49,132 nucleotides of DNA from an uncultured Collinsella sp. (GTDB taxonomy: Bacteria > Actinomycetota > Coriobacteriia > Coriobacteriales > Coriobacteriaceae), in contig URJD01000001.1 of NCBI GenBank assembly GCA_900548075.1, positions 1 to 49,132 of the forward strand, read 5' to 3'. The notes beneath the pieces were generated by a model that saw nothing but the letters and a program-made list of their open reading frames with translations, ran no database searches and was not told where the DNA came from. Below are positions 11,535 through 20,263 of the stretch, piece after piece. A program made the translations under genes and the position numbers. Within the stretch, counting starts at the first letter, position 1; the number at the start of each line of letters is the position of its first letter.

Positions 11535-12441
11535 CGTGGGCTACTCGCTCAAAGAGGCAATCAGCCACTTCTTTCGTAACTGGACCACCTCGCTCGGCGC
11601 CGTCATCACGATTTTCCTTTCGCTGTTTATCATCGGCCTGTTCATTATGGGTTCCGCGATGCTGAACTCCGTGATCGGCACCGTCGAGGATCAGGTCGTC
11701 ATCAACGCCTTTATTAGCGATGACGCCGACCAGGCAGATGTTCAGGCCTTTGAGGCCGAGCTCAAGACGTGGAGCAACGTCAAGTCCGTGACGTACAAGG
11801 ACAAGGACGACGCGCTGGCCGAGTACACGAGCAAGATGTCGGGTAACGCCGACGCTACCATGAGCGCGCTCGACGGTCAGAACCCGCTGCCGGCTTCGTA
11901 TGCCATCGAGATGGACGATCCGTCCATGGTCGAGAGCACGGCCCAGAAGCTCAAGAAGAACGCCGATTTTCAGAAGATCGCGGACGACGGCGACGTTAAC
12001 GCGAGCGTTCTGTACGGCCAGGAGGAAGTGAGCCGCCTGTTCCAGGTGACGAACTACATCCGTATCGCCGCTGTAGTGCTCGTCGGTCTGTTGACCTTTA
12101 TCGCGTTCATTTTCATTAACAACACGATTCGCCTGTCCATTACGGCGCGTCGTCGTGAGATCGCGATCATGCGTCTGGTGGGCGCAAGCAACGGCTTCAT
12201 TCGCGGGCCGTTCATTACCGAGGGCGTGCTGCAGGCCATTTTGGGCTCGTTGCTTTCCATCGGCGTGCTGGAGCTGCTGCGTAACTTGATGGTTCCGCGT
12301 TTGCAGGAGAGCATCGGCTGGATGTCGTTTGCGCTTCCGATGCAGTACTACCTGGTGACCTATGCCGCGCTGATTTTGGTCGGCGTCATTATCGGTCTCT
12401 TTGGTTCCGCCATCGCCATGCGCCGCTATCTGCGCGTGTAG
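11521..12441 (+). CDS. ftsX: Cell division permease-like protein FtsX
   Basis: NPLPAS, NTIRLSITARRREIAIMRLVGASNGFIRGPFITEG. Confidence 0.95.
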   Translation: MAPTNVGYSLKEAISHFFRNWTTSLGAVITIFLSLFIIGLFIMGSAMLNSVIGTVEDQVVINAFISDDADQADVQAFEAELKTWSNVKSVTYKDKDDALAEYTSKMSGNADATMSALDGQNPLPASYAIEMDDPSMVESTAQKLKKNADFQKIADDGDVNASVLYGQEEVSRLFQVTNYIRIAAVVLVGLLTFIAFIFINNTIRLSITARRREIAIMRLVGASNGFIRGPFITEGVLQAILGSLLSIGVLELLRNLMVPRLQESIGWMSFALPMQYYLVTYAALILVGVIIGLFGSAIAMRRYLRV

Positions 12442-12464
12442 GCGTGCTTGGAATTCGTTCCTTC

Positions 12465-12499
12465 AACGGGTCGTCTCTTTTGGGGACGGCCCGTTTTTT
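12465..12499 (+). terminator. Rho-independent terminator
   Basis: aacgggtcgtctc...ggggacggcccgtttttt. Confidence 0.75.
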
Positions 12500-12564
12500 G
12501 TCCCCTAGGGATCATTTGGGTAGACTCTTGGGGTGTAAGCGGCCATCGATAGTAAGGAGGCGCC

Positions 12565-14700
12565 ATGGGGCGCAATAACAAGCATAAGCGTGGAGCTCGC
12601 AATAAGCGCGGGCCGGTGCGCAGCGAGCGTCGCCCGAGTCTGACCGGACGCGTGCAGCTCCATGAGCATAGCGCCTACGTTGTAACCGAAAACGGCGACT
12701 ACAAGGTCATGGGCCGCGGCAAGCGCGAGATTATGGACGGCGATACCGTTGCCGTAAGCATTAAGAACAGCCCGCATGGCGAGCGACGCGCCGTAATCGA
12801 GGGCGTTGTCGAGCGTGCGGCCATCAGTGTGGTGGGCACGTACCAGACCGCCGGCCCGCTCGGGGTGATCGAGCCGCTTGATTCTCGTCTTAAGGCCGAT
12901 TTCTTTATTCTGCCGGAGGACACCTCGGCGGAGCGCTCGGGCGTTCATCCGGGCGATGCAGTCGTCGCGCGCATTCTGACATATCCGACGCGTCTGGAAT
13001 CGGGCACCGTGACGATCGAGCGCCGTATTGGCGGCGATGATGCGCCCGATTTGGGCGTTCAGTATGTGATGGCGCGCTATGGCTATACCGACAGCTATCC
13101 CGAGGCCGCACTTGCCGAGGCCGAAGCGCTTTCGCTCGATGTGGCCTCGGCACTCAAGGACCCGCTCCGCCGAGACCTGCGCGACCGCTTTGTCATTACG
13201 ATTGACCCGGTCGACGCGCGCGACTTTGACGACGCCATTTCGCTGGAGCGCACGCCCGAGGGTGGCTACAAGCTGGGTGTCCATATTGCCGACGTTTCGC
13301 ACTATGTCGCCTGGGACGGACATATCGATCTGGAAGCTCGCCATCGCACGACGTCGGTGTATCTTGCCGATCGCGTGCTGCCCATGTTGCCCGAGCGCCT
13401 GTCGAACGATTTGTGCTCGCTGCGTCCCGACGAGGACCGCTTGGCGTTTACCGTCGACATTGAGCTCGACGCGCAGGGTCGCGTGCGCCATTACGATCCC
13501 TATCCCAGCGTGATCCGCTCGCGCGTGCGCATGGACTACGACGGCGCCGAGGCGCTGCTGGTACGTGCCGGTGCGGTGGAGTATTCGGTGCTGGAGGGCG
13601 CCGCCGAGGATGTTGCTGCGGTTGAAGCCTCGCGCGAGGAAGCGCTCGGGCGCGGGCTTGCGTGCGAGGAAACCGCCCGCGGCTATAACGTCGACTTGGG
13701 GGATTTCCTCGTAGCTGCCAACGAGCTCGCCGAGCTTCGCCGTCGTATTCGTCGCGCACGCGGTTCGGTCGACTTTGATACGGCCGAGATCCGTGCGCTG
13801 TTGGACGAGGACGGTGTGCCCGTGCAGATCGTGGCCCGTGAGCGCTCGTGCGCCACGTCGCTGATTGAGGAGGCCATGCTGCTGGCCAACGAGTGCGTGG
13901 CGGAGTGGCTGGCCGACCGCGATATCGAGGCCTGCTATCGCGTGCACGACGATCCCAGTCCCGACAGCCTGCACGGTGCCGCCGTGGCGCTGGCGCAGCT
14001 GGGTATCATCGATGACCGTCGCGCGGCCGGCATTGCTCTGGGAAGCCCCGATGAGCTGCAGGCGGCGGTTGATGCCGCAGCCGGTACGGCCAACGCGCCG
14101 CTCGTCAACACGTTGCTACTGCGCAGTATGCAGCGCGCACTGTACAAGCCGCGCAACGAGGGTCACTTTGCACTTGCCGCGCCGTGCTATTGCCACTTTA
14201 CGAGTCCCATTCGCCGCTATCCCGACCTGGTGGTGCATCGCGTACTCAAGTTGCAGCTGGCCTACGAGCGGCTGGGCGGCAAGGACGCCTTGGTGCGTAC
14301 GCCGCGGCTGATCGGTAAGGGTCGCGAGTCCCTGCCGCGCATCCTGCCGCAAATCTGCCGCGCGTGCAGCGATGCCGAGCGTGCGGCCGACGCCGCCAGC
14401 CATGCGACGCAAAAGATCAAGATCGCCCAGTACTACGAGGACCGCCTGGGTGAGCGCTACGCCGGAACGATTTCGTGGGTCAGCAGCATGGGTCTCTTTG
14501 TGCGTTTGGATCTGACACAGGTTGAGGGTTTGGTTTCGATCAAGAGTCTGGGCAACGAGTGGTTTGAGTTTGATGAGGACGCGCTCACGCTCACGGGTGC
14601 CGACACGGGGACTCGCTACGAGCTGGGGCAGCGCGTGATCATCGAGGTCTCGCGCGTCAACACCACGCGCGGGCACTTGGACTTTAAGCTTATCCATTAG
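12565..14700 (+). CDS. rnr: Ribonuclease R (RNB family 3'-5' exoribonuclease)
   Basis: TIDPVDARDFDDAIS, VHIADVSHYV, HFTSPIRRYPDLVVHR, C-terminal S1 domain. Confidence 0.93.
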   Translation: MGRNNKHKRGARNKRGPVRSERRPSLTGRVQLHEHSAYVVTENGDYKVMGRGKREIMDGDTVAVSIKNSPHGERRAVIEGVVERAAISVVGTYQTAGPLGVIEPLDSRLKADFFILPEDTSAERSGVHPGDAVVARILTYPTRLESGTVTIERRIGGDDAPDLGVQYVMARYGYTDSYPEAALAEAEALSLDVASALKDPLRRDLRDRFVITIDPVDARDFDDAISLERTPEGGYKLGVHIADVSHYVAWDGHIDLEARHRTTSVYLADRVLPMLPERLSNDLCSLRPDEDRLAFTVDIELDAQGRVRHYDPYPSVIRSRVRMDYDGAEALLVRAGAVEYSVLEGAAEDVAAVEASREEALGRGLACEETARGYNVDLGDFLVAANELAELRRRIRRARGSVDFDTAEIRALLDEDGVPVQIVARERSCATSLIEEAMLLANECVAEWLADRDIEACYRVHDDPSPDSLHGAAVALAQLGIIDDRRAAGIALGSPDELQAAVDAAAGTANAPLVNTLLLRSMQRALYKPRNEGHFALAAPCYCHFTSPIRRYPDLVVHRVLKLQLAYERLGGKDALVRTPRLIGKGRESLPRILPQICRACSDAERAADAASHATQKIKIAQYYEDRLGERYAGTISWVSSMGLFVRLDLTQVEGLVSIKSLGNEWFEFDEDALTLTGADTGTRYELGQRVIIEVSRVNTTRGHLDFKLIH

Positions 14701-14725
14701 CCAAATCTCGACTCATGGCGGGAGA

Positions 14726-14761
14726 GCGGAGGGCGGTCTTTCGGGGCCGCCCTCCGCATTT
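14726..14761 (+). terminator. Terminator hairpin after rnr
   Basis: gcggagggcggtct-ttcg-gggccgccctccgc-attt. Confidence 0.7.
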
Positions 14762-14819
14762 GGATCATGGCTACCTTGCCGTCTGCTCGGCCGCCCGCTT
14801 ACCTGCTATTCGAGAGGTA

Positions 14820-14858
14820 AAACCTACCAAAATAAACCTGTCCCTTTTTGGCAGGTTT
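14820..14858. repeat. REP-like element
   Basis: aaacctaccaaaataaacctgtccctttttggcaggttt; similar to 2718-2740. Confidence 0.5.
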
Positions 14859-14877
14859 ACAAGAAAGCGGGGATGAG

Positions 14878-15483
14878 ATGGCGACGGTGTATGGTTATGC
14901 GCGGGTGAGTTCGCGCGATCAGAATCTAAATCGGCAGCTGGATGCGCTGGGCGCCTATGGCGTGGGCTCGGCGAATATTTATGCCGACCATGCGAGCGGC
15001 AAGGACTTCGATCGCCCGCGGTATCGCGAGCTGCTGCACATCCTGGGAGACGGGGACGTGCTGGTGGTGCTTTCTATCGACCGACTTGGCCGTAATTACT
15101 CCGAGATTCTTGAGGAATGGCGACGCATTACCAAGGAGCTCGGGGTTGCCATTGTGGTGTTGGACATGCCATTGCTTGACACGCGCGCCAGGGCCAGCGG
15201 CGCGCCGGATGTGACCAACACCCTGATTGCCGATATTGTGCTGCAACTGCTGAGCTACGTGGCGCAGGTGGAGCGCGAGAATATCCATCGGCGCCAGGCG
15301 GAGGGAATTGCAGCGGCGCGGGCGCGAGGGGTTCGTTTCGGTCGACCTCGCAAGCCGTGTCCTCCTCAGTTTGAGCTGGTGCGCGATAGCTATGAGGCAG
15401 GCGATATTACCCGCAGCCAGGCAGCAAAGTGCCTGGGCGTGTGCGTGGGGACGTTCGATCGCTGGATGCGCGAGGCGGGGTAG
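14878..15483 (+). CDS. Small serine recombinase (resolvase/invertase family)
   Basis: YGYARVSS..QN..RQ, SIDRLGRN, ERENIHRRQAEGI..A..RGVRFGRP, C-terminal HTH. Confidence 0.93.
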   Translation: MATVYGYARVSSRDQNLNRQLDALGAYGVGSANIYADHASGKDFDRPRYRELLHILGDGDVLVVLSIDRLGRNYSEILEEWRRITKELGVAIVVLDMPLLDTRARASGAPDVTNTLIADIVLQLLSYVAQVERENIHRRQAEGIAAARARGVRFGRPRKPCPPQFELVRDSYEAGDITRSQAAKCLGVCVGTFDRWMREAG

Positions 15484-15589
15484 GGGTTTGCGTCGCTTTA
15501 GTCGCTTCCTGTTGCGATTCAAATTTTGATACGGTGACGATGCCATTTGGGGCTACACTCGCTGATATTCAAAAAAAGGAGGTAGGCCC

Positions 15590-16171
15590 TTGGCGCGCGT
15601 AAAACAAATAATCGGATGGACCGCGATCGTTCTGTTCGCTGCAACGCTGGCGGGCATCTGGGTGCTGACGGAGCAAAATGCGGTGGAGACGTCGTTGCTG
15701 AGCGAGTCCACCGCGCGTGTGGTGGAGGGTCAGGCTACGGGCGTACAGGCTGCCGATGCCACGGGTGAAGCTCAGACGGAGAACGGAATGACCGGGGGCA
15801 CCGATTCGGCTGCCTCGAATGTACGGTCTGGCCGACTTGTTTCCATTCGCATGTGGGTGGGCACGAACGTCCGTCGCGTTGCCCATACCGTAGAGTTTTT
15901 CTTCGTCGGATTGTTCGCCTCGGTGGTCGTGGTTTGCTTTTCCAGGCGTCCGTGGAGCGTATGCTCCCGTTGCCTGCCCGTATTGCTCTTTTGCGCCGCC
16001 TGCTCCATTGGCGATCAGGTGCATAAGATCTTTGTTCCCGGCAGGCATTTCGACGTTATCGATTTAGGATTCGATGCTGCGGGCTATGTCACCGCGATGC
16101 TGTTGGTATTGCTGGCAGCGGCGTTGGTGCGCCATGCGACTCGGCCGATTGGCGCCCATGCGAGGCGCTAG
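15590..16171 (+). CDS. VanZ family membrane protein
   Basis: VRRVAHTVEF, DQVHKIFVPGR..D..D...D..G; AGGAGG RBS before TTG. Confidence 0.85.
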   Translation: MARVKQIIGWTAIVLFAATLAGIWVLTEQNAVETSLLSESTARVVEGQATGVQAADATGEAQTENGMTGGTDSAASNVRSGRLVSIRMWVGTNVRRVAHTVEFFFVGLFASVVVVCFSRRPWSVCSRCLPVLLFCAACSIGDQVHKIFVPGRHFDVIDLGFDAAGYVTAMLLVLLAAALVRHATRPIGAHARR

Positions 16172-16293
16172 CCTTAAGACGAGACATCGCGACTGCCTAT
16201 GCTTCGACATTGACTACAATAACGGCTGCAATCGCGAGCGGTCGTCGATGTGCAGTTTTCCATACACCTGTTTTCTCTAAGAAAGGAAATCCC

Positions 16294-16653
16294 ATGGCGG
16301 TATTGTTTGTTGAATATCCCAAGTGCTCGACCTGTAAGAAGGCCAAGGCATGGCTGGACGAACATGGGGTAGAGTATATCGACCGCGATATCGTTTTGGA
16401 CAATCCCGCGGCTGATGAGCTTGCGACCTGGATTGCTCGTTCGGGGCTGCCGGTGCGGCGCTTCTTTAATTCGTCGGGCATGAAATATCGAGAGCTGGGC
16501 CTGAAGGCGCGTTTGGAAGCGGGCATGACGGATCAGGAGTGCTACGAGCTGCTGGCGACCGACGGCATGCTGGTCAAGCGTCCGCTGCTGGTGGGCGACG
16601 ACTTTGCGATTCCTGGCTTTAAGGAGGCGGCTTGGACCGAGGCGTTGCTGTAG
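16294..16653 (+). CDS. ArsC/Spx family (YffB-like) protein
   Basis: YPKCSTCKKAKAWL, FFNSSGMKYREL, GMLVKRPLLV. Confidence 0.92.
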   Translation: MAVLFVEYPKCSTCKKAKAWLDEHGVEYIDRDIVLDNPAADELATWIARSGLPVRRFFNSSGMKYRELGLKARLEAGMTDQECYELLATDGMLVKRPLLVGDDFAIPGFKEAAWTEALL

Positions 16654-16659
16654 CGGCTG

Positions 16660-16831
16660 CGGAAAGTGCGTCCCATTTTGAGTGGTGATTCTGGGATGTG
16701 CTTTCCGGTTGAGCGCTCTATCGGAAATGACATCCCGTTTCGAGTGCTGATTCTGGGACACGGTTTCCGGTTGAGGGCTCGACGGGAAAGTGGGGACCAG
16801 TTTGAGCTTGAAATCTGGGACGCGCTTTCCG
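16660..16831. repeat. Tandem array of three ~48-bp hairpins with 62-bp period
   Basis: Units start at 16660, 16722 and 16784; consensus ggaaagtgcgtccca-tttgagtgctgattc-tgggacgcgctttccg; linkers gttgagcgctctat / gttgagggctcgac. Confidence 0.8.
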
Positions 16832-16849
16832 CCGGCGGGCCTGCCCCAG

Positions 16850-17260
16850 TCAGTCCTCCAGCTGCGCCCATTCGTGTGGGTCGTAGATCTTTACGTGCTT
16901 GTCGGGCGTGTCGCTCCAGTACTCTTCGTCCATAAAGGGCAGGTATGCCTGAATGCCGGGGCAGATAAACGGAATCCGTTGCCGCTGCAGGCGCTCGCGC
17001 TGCCGCCGCTCCAGGTTCGTCTCGGATATCACGGTCGGCATGCCGGACAGCTCGACGAGACTTGCCTGGATGCGCTTGAGGTCGGGGAGCGCCGCATGCC
17101 ATGACGTCCGCATGATCAAAAATGAGGCGCGGCGGTAGTTTGCCTGCATCACCGTGATGGCGGGGCGCAGTGTGGGATGGATTTTGTCCCGTTCGGGCCA
17201 AAGGTCAGCAGTGATCTCGAGGCCCAGGGTCTCCCATAGGTAATCAAGCTCTTCGTCCAT
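16850..17260 (-). CDS. Hypothetical protein, possibly a truncated AbiEi/MarR-like antitoxin N-terminal domain
   Basis: RQRERLQRQRIPFICPGIQAYLPF resembles the 'R..LI...IPFI.PG.Q.YLPF' motif of regulators that pair with nucleotidyltransferases; ends early with no HTH. Confidence 0.5.
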   Translation of the reverse strand: MDEELDYLWETLGLEITADLWPERDKIHPTLRPAITVMQANYRRASFLIMRTSWHAALPDLKRIQASLVELSGMPTVISETNLERRQRERLQRQRIPFICPGIQAYLPFMDEEYWSDTPDKHVKIYDPHEWAQLED

Positions 17261-17452
17261 GGTGCCTCGATATCCGTGCAATGATGACGGTTCGATTGTG
17301 CCATCAGCCGTGAGTGCTGCATTGTTGTAATCTACCAGCGGTAGATGTGGGATGTTTTACGGGCTTTGGCGCCGTACGTGTCGCTGGTGCTTCACAGGTC
17401 CTTCACGTGTTGGTCGTATTTGACTGAATTTCAAAAAAGTCAAAATTAGGGC

Positions 17453-17481
17453 TTGCGTCACGGCGGGACTTCCCGTATATT
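17453..17481 (+). promoter_or_regulatory. Sigma70-type promoter for the tRNA pair
   Basis: TTGCGT-17 nt-TATATT with an A-rich UP-like tract upstream. Confidence 0.65.
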
Positions 17482-17525
17482 TCTTTCTTGCGCAAAGGCA
17501 CAGCCGAGCGCAGCGATGCAGTCAT

Positions 17526-17599
17526 TGGGATGTCGTCTAATGGCAGGACAGCGGATTCTGGTTCCGTCAATGGGGGTTCGACTCCCTCCATCCCAGCCA
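17526..17599 (+). tRNA. tRNA-Gln(CTG)
   Basis: Cloverleaf tgggatg...catccca-g-cca; anticodon arm gcgga-tt-CTG-gt-tccgt; GTTCGA T loop. Confidence 0.97.
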
Positions 17600-17616
17600 T
17601 TGCATTTGCTACATAT

Positions 17617-17693
17617 GGCCCGTTCGTCTAGCGGTTTAGGACGCCGCCCTCTCAAGGCGGAGATCACCAGTTCGAATCTGGTACGGGCTACCA
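17617..17693 (+). tRNA. tRNA-Glu(CTC)
   Basis: ggcccgt...acgggct-a-cca; anticodon arm ccgcc-ct-CTC-aa-ggcgg; GTTCGAA T loop. Confidence 0.97.
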
Positions 17694-17703
17694 AAATTGA
17701 ACG

Positions 17704-17731
17704 CCCGGGCCTCGTAAGAGACCCGGGTTTT
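17704..17731 (+). terminator. Terminator after the tRNAs
   Basis: cccgggcctc-gtaa-gagacccggg-tttt. Confidence 0.7.
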
Positions 17732-17788
17732 GTGTATTGACCGATGTTTAAGGCGCGTTGAGTCTGCCGCCTGGACCGAGGAGTTGTC

Positions 17789-18706
17789 ATGGATCTGCCC
17801 ATCAGCTTGCAAGACATCACGTATGCCGAGAACTATCTGGCGCAGGGCGACCTGGCTACGGCGACGCCGCTGCTGGAGCGCCTGGTGGAGCTCGCCGAGG
17901 AGTATATCGACGCCGAGTGCAAGACGGAGGAGAAGCGCCAATACTTTAGCTTCGATAGCAAGTTTGAGCGCTTGGCCTATCGCCGCGTGGAGAAGGATCC
18001 GCGCGAGCTCGTGCAGGTCGAGGTGCCGTTTGACCGCCTGTACTCTGATATGGCGTTTGCCTACATTCGCCAGCAGGATTATGTGAGCGCTCGTAATGCC
18101 CTGATGCAGGCTGTGCGTTGGGACCCCATGAACTGCAACTATCGCTTGGACTTGGCCGAGCTGTTCCGCGCGCTCGAGGACAAGCAGGAGTGGGCATCGC
18201 TCTCGTTCTCGGTGCTGGAGCGCGCGAGCGACGGTAAGTGCGCCGCACGCGCCTACACCAATTTGGGTCAGTACTTCTTGGAGCCCGAGACCGAGAACAT
18301 TTCGGCTGCCGTGGGCTGCGCGCGTCTGGCGCTGCGCCTGGCGCCCAATGATGCGCATACGACGCGCCTGCTCAACAAGATCCATACTACCTATCCGTAT
18401 GCCGCCGAGGAGAGCGACGAGCACGTGATGGGCGAGCTGGCGTTGCAGGGCGTTCCGACCTCACCTTCGGCCGAGATTGCCATCTGCCTGATTATGTGCG
18501 CGACCGATGCTGCAAGCGACGGCGACAAGCAGGAGGCGACGCGCCTGACGGTGCGTGCTCGCGACTTGGTGGGCGAGGAAGCCTGCACGGCGATTATCAA
18601 ACTGGTGCGCGAGAGCGATGCTGAGCTCAATGCCGAGCGCAAGGCAAAGCGCGAGGCTGTGGGCTCAAACGCCGATGGCACCAAGGAGGCCGGCGATGCC
18701 CAGTAA
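17789..18706 (+). CDS. Tetratricopeptide-repeat-like protein
   Basis: Helical TPR-like pattern (YSDMAFAYIRQQDYVSARNALMQAVRWDP; AYTNLGQY; ALRLAPND); overlaps the smpB start. Confidence 0.7.
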   Translation: MDLPISLQDITYAENYLAQGDLATATPLLERLVELAEEYIDAECKTEEKRQYFSFDSKFERLAYRRVEKDPRELVQVEVPFDRLYSDMAFAYIRQQDYVSARNALMQAVRWDPMNCNYRLDLAELFRALEDKQEWASLSFSVLERASDGKCAARAYTNLGQYFLEPETENISAAVGCARLALRLAPNDAHTTRLLNKIHTTYPYAAEESDEHVMGELALQGVPTSPSAEIAICLIMCATDAASDGDKQEATRLTVRARDLVGEEACTAIIKLVRESDAELNAERKAKREAVGSNADGTKEAGDAQ

Positions 18707-19166
18707 GCGTGAACGCAAGCTCATTTCCAAGAATCGCTCGGCACATCACGAGTACTTTATCGATGAGACGTTTGAGTGCGGTATTGAGCTGAGCGGCGCC
18801 GAGGTCAAGTCGATTCGCGAGCGCGCCTGTCAGATCACTGACACTTTTGCGCTGATTCGTGGCGGCGAGTGCTGGCTCGTCGGACTGCATATCCACCCTT
18901 ATAGCCATGGTGGCGTTTGGAATCGCGATCCCGACCGTCGGCGTCGTCTGCTTCTGCACCGCAAGGAGATCGACTTTCTTGACGGCAAACTTCGCAACCG
19001 TGGTTATGCGCTGGTTCCGTTGGAGCTCTACTTTAATACCGACGGCCGCGTAAAGCTGCTGCTGGGTCTGGGTCGCGGCAAGAAGCTCTACGACAAGCGC
19101 GAGGACATGGCCAAGCGTGATGTCCAACGCGAGATCGATCGCGCCCTTAAGGAACGCAACCGCTAG
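18696..19166 (+). CDS. smpB: SsrA-binding protein SmpB
   Basis: NRSAHHEYFIDETFECGIELSGAEVKSIR, RRLLLHRKEI, GKKLYDKRE. Confidence 0.97.
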   Translation: MPSKRERKLISKNRSAHHEYFIDETFECGIELSGAEVKSIRERACQITDTFALIRGGECWLVGLHIHPYSHGGVWNRDPDRRRRLLLHRKEIDFLDGKLRNRGYALVPLELYFNTDGRVKLLLGLGRGKKLYDKREDMAKRDVQREIDRALKERNR

Positions 19167-19178
19167 GCACTCTGTATA

Positions 19179-19245
19179 AGTTGCGGTGGAATATGGACTG
19201 TTTTGCCTGTTTGAGGGGCTATTCAGTCCCTATTTCACCGCAACT
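19179..19245. repeat. Long-armed palindrome (22-bp arms, 23-nt spacer)
   Basis: agttgcggtggaatatggactg / cagtccctatttcaccgcaact (2 mismatches). Confidence 0.65.
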
Positions 19246-19287
19246 GCGGGCGTCTCATCTTTCTTACTGTTCTGACACATATGTCTC

Positions 19288-19322
19288 AAAGGCGGCGTCC
19301 GTTATGGGTGCCGCCTTTTTTT
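19288..19322 (+). terminator. Rho-independent terminator
   Basis: aaaggcggcgtcc...gggtgccgcctttttt. Confidence 0.75.
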
Positions 19323-19373
19323 GTGGGTACATACATCCATGAGGTTCCAACCCGAGCTAGGGGAGTGATCGTT

Positions 19374-19877
19374 ATGGACAAAACTGCGTTCTTTACCATG
19401 CCGAGTGGCCTGTACGTGGTGAGCGCCGCGGCGGACGGGCTGCGTGCCGGCTGCGTTATCAACACAGCAGTGCAGGTGACATCCGCCCTGCCGCGCATCT
19501 CGATTGCCGTGAACAAGGAAAATGTCACGTCCGGCGTAATCGCATCGGCTAAGGCCTTTGCGCTGACCGTGATTGACCAGACCGCCGACATGCTCTATAT
19601 CGGCAACTTTGGCTTCCGCACCAGCAGCGATTACGACAAGTTTGCCAAGTACGAGACCCACGAGACCGCTCTGAGCATGCCTTATGTGCCCGAGCACGCG
19701 GCGGCCTTGTTTAGCTGCCGTTTGATTGATACCGTGGACGTGGGCACGCATCTGCTGTTTATCGGCGAGGTTGAGGATGCCGAGCGCTTGAGCGGCGAGG
19801 CCCCGCTGACCTATGACTACTATCACAAGGTCTTGAAGGGCAAGACGCCGCCCAAGGCTTCGTCGTATCAAGGCTAG
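19374..19877 (+). CDS. Flavin reductase family protein
   Basis: SGLYVVS, GCVINTAVQVTS, FGFRTS..DKF, DVGTHLLFIGEV, PLTYDYYH..KGKTP. Confidence 0.9.
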   Translation: MDKTAFFTMPSGLYVVSAAADGLRAGCVINTAVQVTSALPRISIAVNKENVTSGVIASAKAFALTVIDQTADMLYIGNFGFRTSSDYDKFAKYETHETALSMPYVPEHAAALFSCRLIDTVDVGTHLLFIGEVEDAERLSGEAPLTYDYYHKVLKGKTPPKASSYQG

Positions 19878-19894
19878 AAATGTTCTAAAAATAC

Positions 19895-19922
19895 TTGCAT
19901 TATATTATTGAGAATCTATACT
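19895..19922 (+). promoter_or_regulatory. Putative promoter for the rubredoxin gene in an AT-rich patch
   Basis: TTGCAT-16 nt-TATACT. Confidence 0.5.
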
Positions 19923-19966
19923 AATAGACGAAGTACATCACCAGTCGCGTTCGAGAGGAGAACATC

Positions 19967-20110
19967 ATGGCTGAGGAGAAGAAGACGTATAAGTTCGTGT
20001 GCACCGTTTGCGGTTACGAGGTTGAGGTCGACACGCCCGAGCTGCCCGAGGATTACGTATGCCCGGTCTGCGGCGTCGGCCCCGATGAGTTTGAGCTCGT
20101 CGAGGAGTAA
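19967..20110 (+). CDS. Rubredoxin-like protein (47 aa, absent from the ORF track)
   Basis: [56 protein letters not shown] with two CxxCG motifs. Confidence 0.92.
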   Translation: MAEEKKTYKFVCTVCGYEVEVDTPELPEDYVCPVCGVGPDEFELVEE

Positions 20111-20150
20111 CTCGTAGACACACGGCGATTAGCCATACAGAGCTCTGTCC

Positions 20151-20187
20151 AAGGGTCCTGGCTGGATATTCCGGCTGGGACCCTTTT
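20151..20187. terminator. Terminator between the rubredoxin gene and convergent mntH
   Basis: aagggtcctggctgga...tccggctgggaccctttt. Confidence 0.75.
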
Positions 20188-20200
20188 GATTTATCTGATG

Positions 20201-20237
20201 GTTTAAAACGGCCTTACGTGTTACAGACTGAGACGTT
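20201..20237 (+). repeat. Half copy (right arm) of the 27-nt-spacer palindromic element
   Basis: acggccttacgtgttacagactgagacgtt matches gcggcctaactgttacagattgagatgtt at 29233-29261. Confidence 0.6.
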
Positions 20238-20263
20238 ATATCTGGACAGTCACGCCATCCCAA

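Noticed and set aside
15590..16171. Glycopeptide resistance locus
   Set aside because: A lone VanZ-family protein with no vanHAX/RS; the family is widespread and mostly unrelated to resistance
16660..16831. CRISPR array
   Set aside because: Repeats are degenerate, linkers are only 14 nt and similar to each other, and there are no cas genes
17526..17700. Prophage/ICE integration at the tRNAs
   Set aside because: No integrase and no duplicated tRNA 3' end seen; a terminator and TPR-smpB follow directly
19167..19370. tmRNA (ssrA) after smpB
   Set aside because: Too short and lacks the GGGG...TCCACCA tRNA-like ends; contains only a palindrome and a terminator
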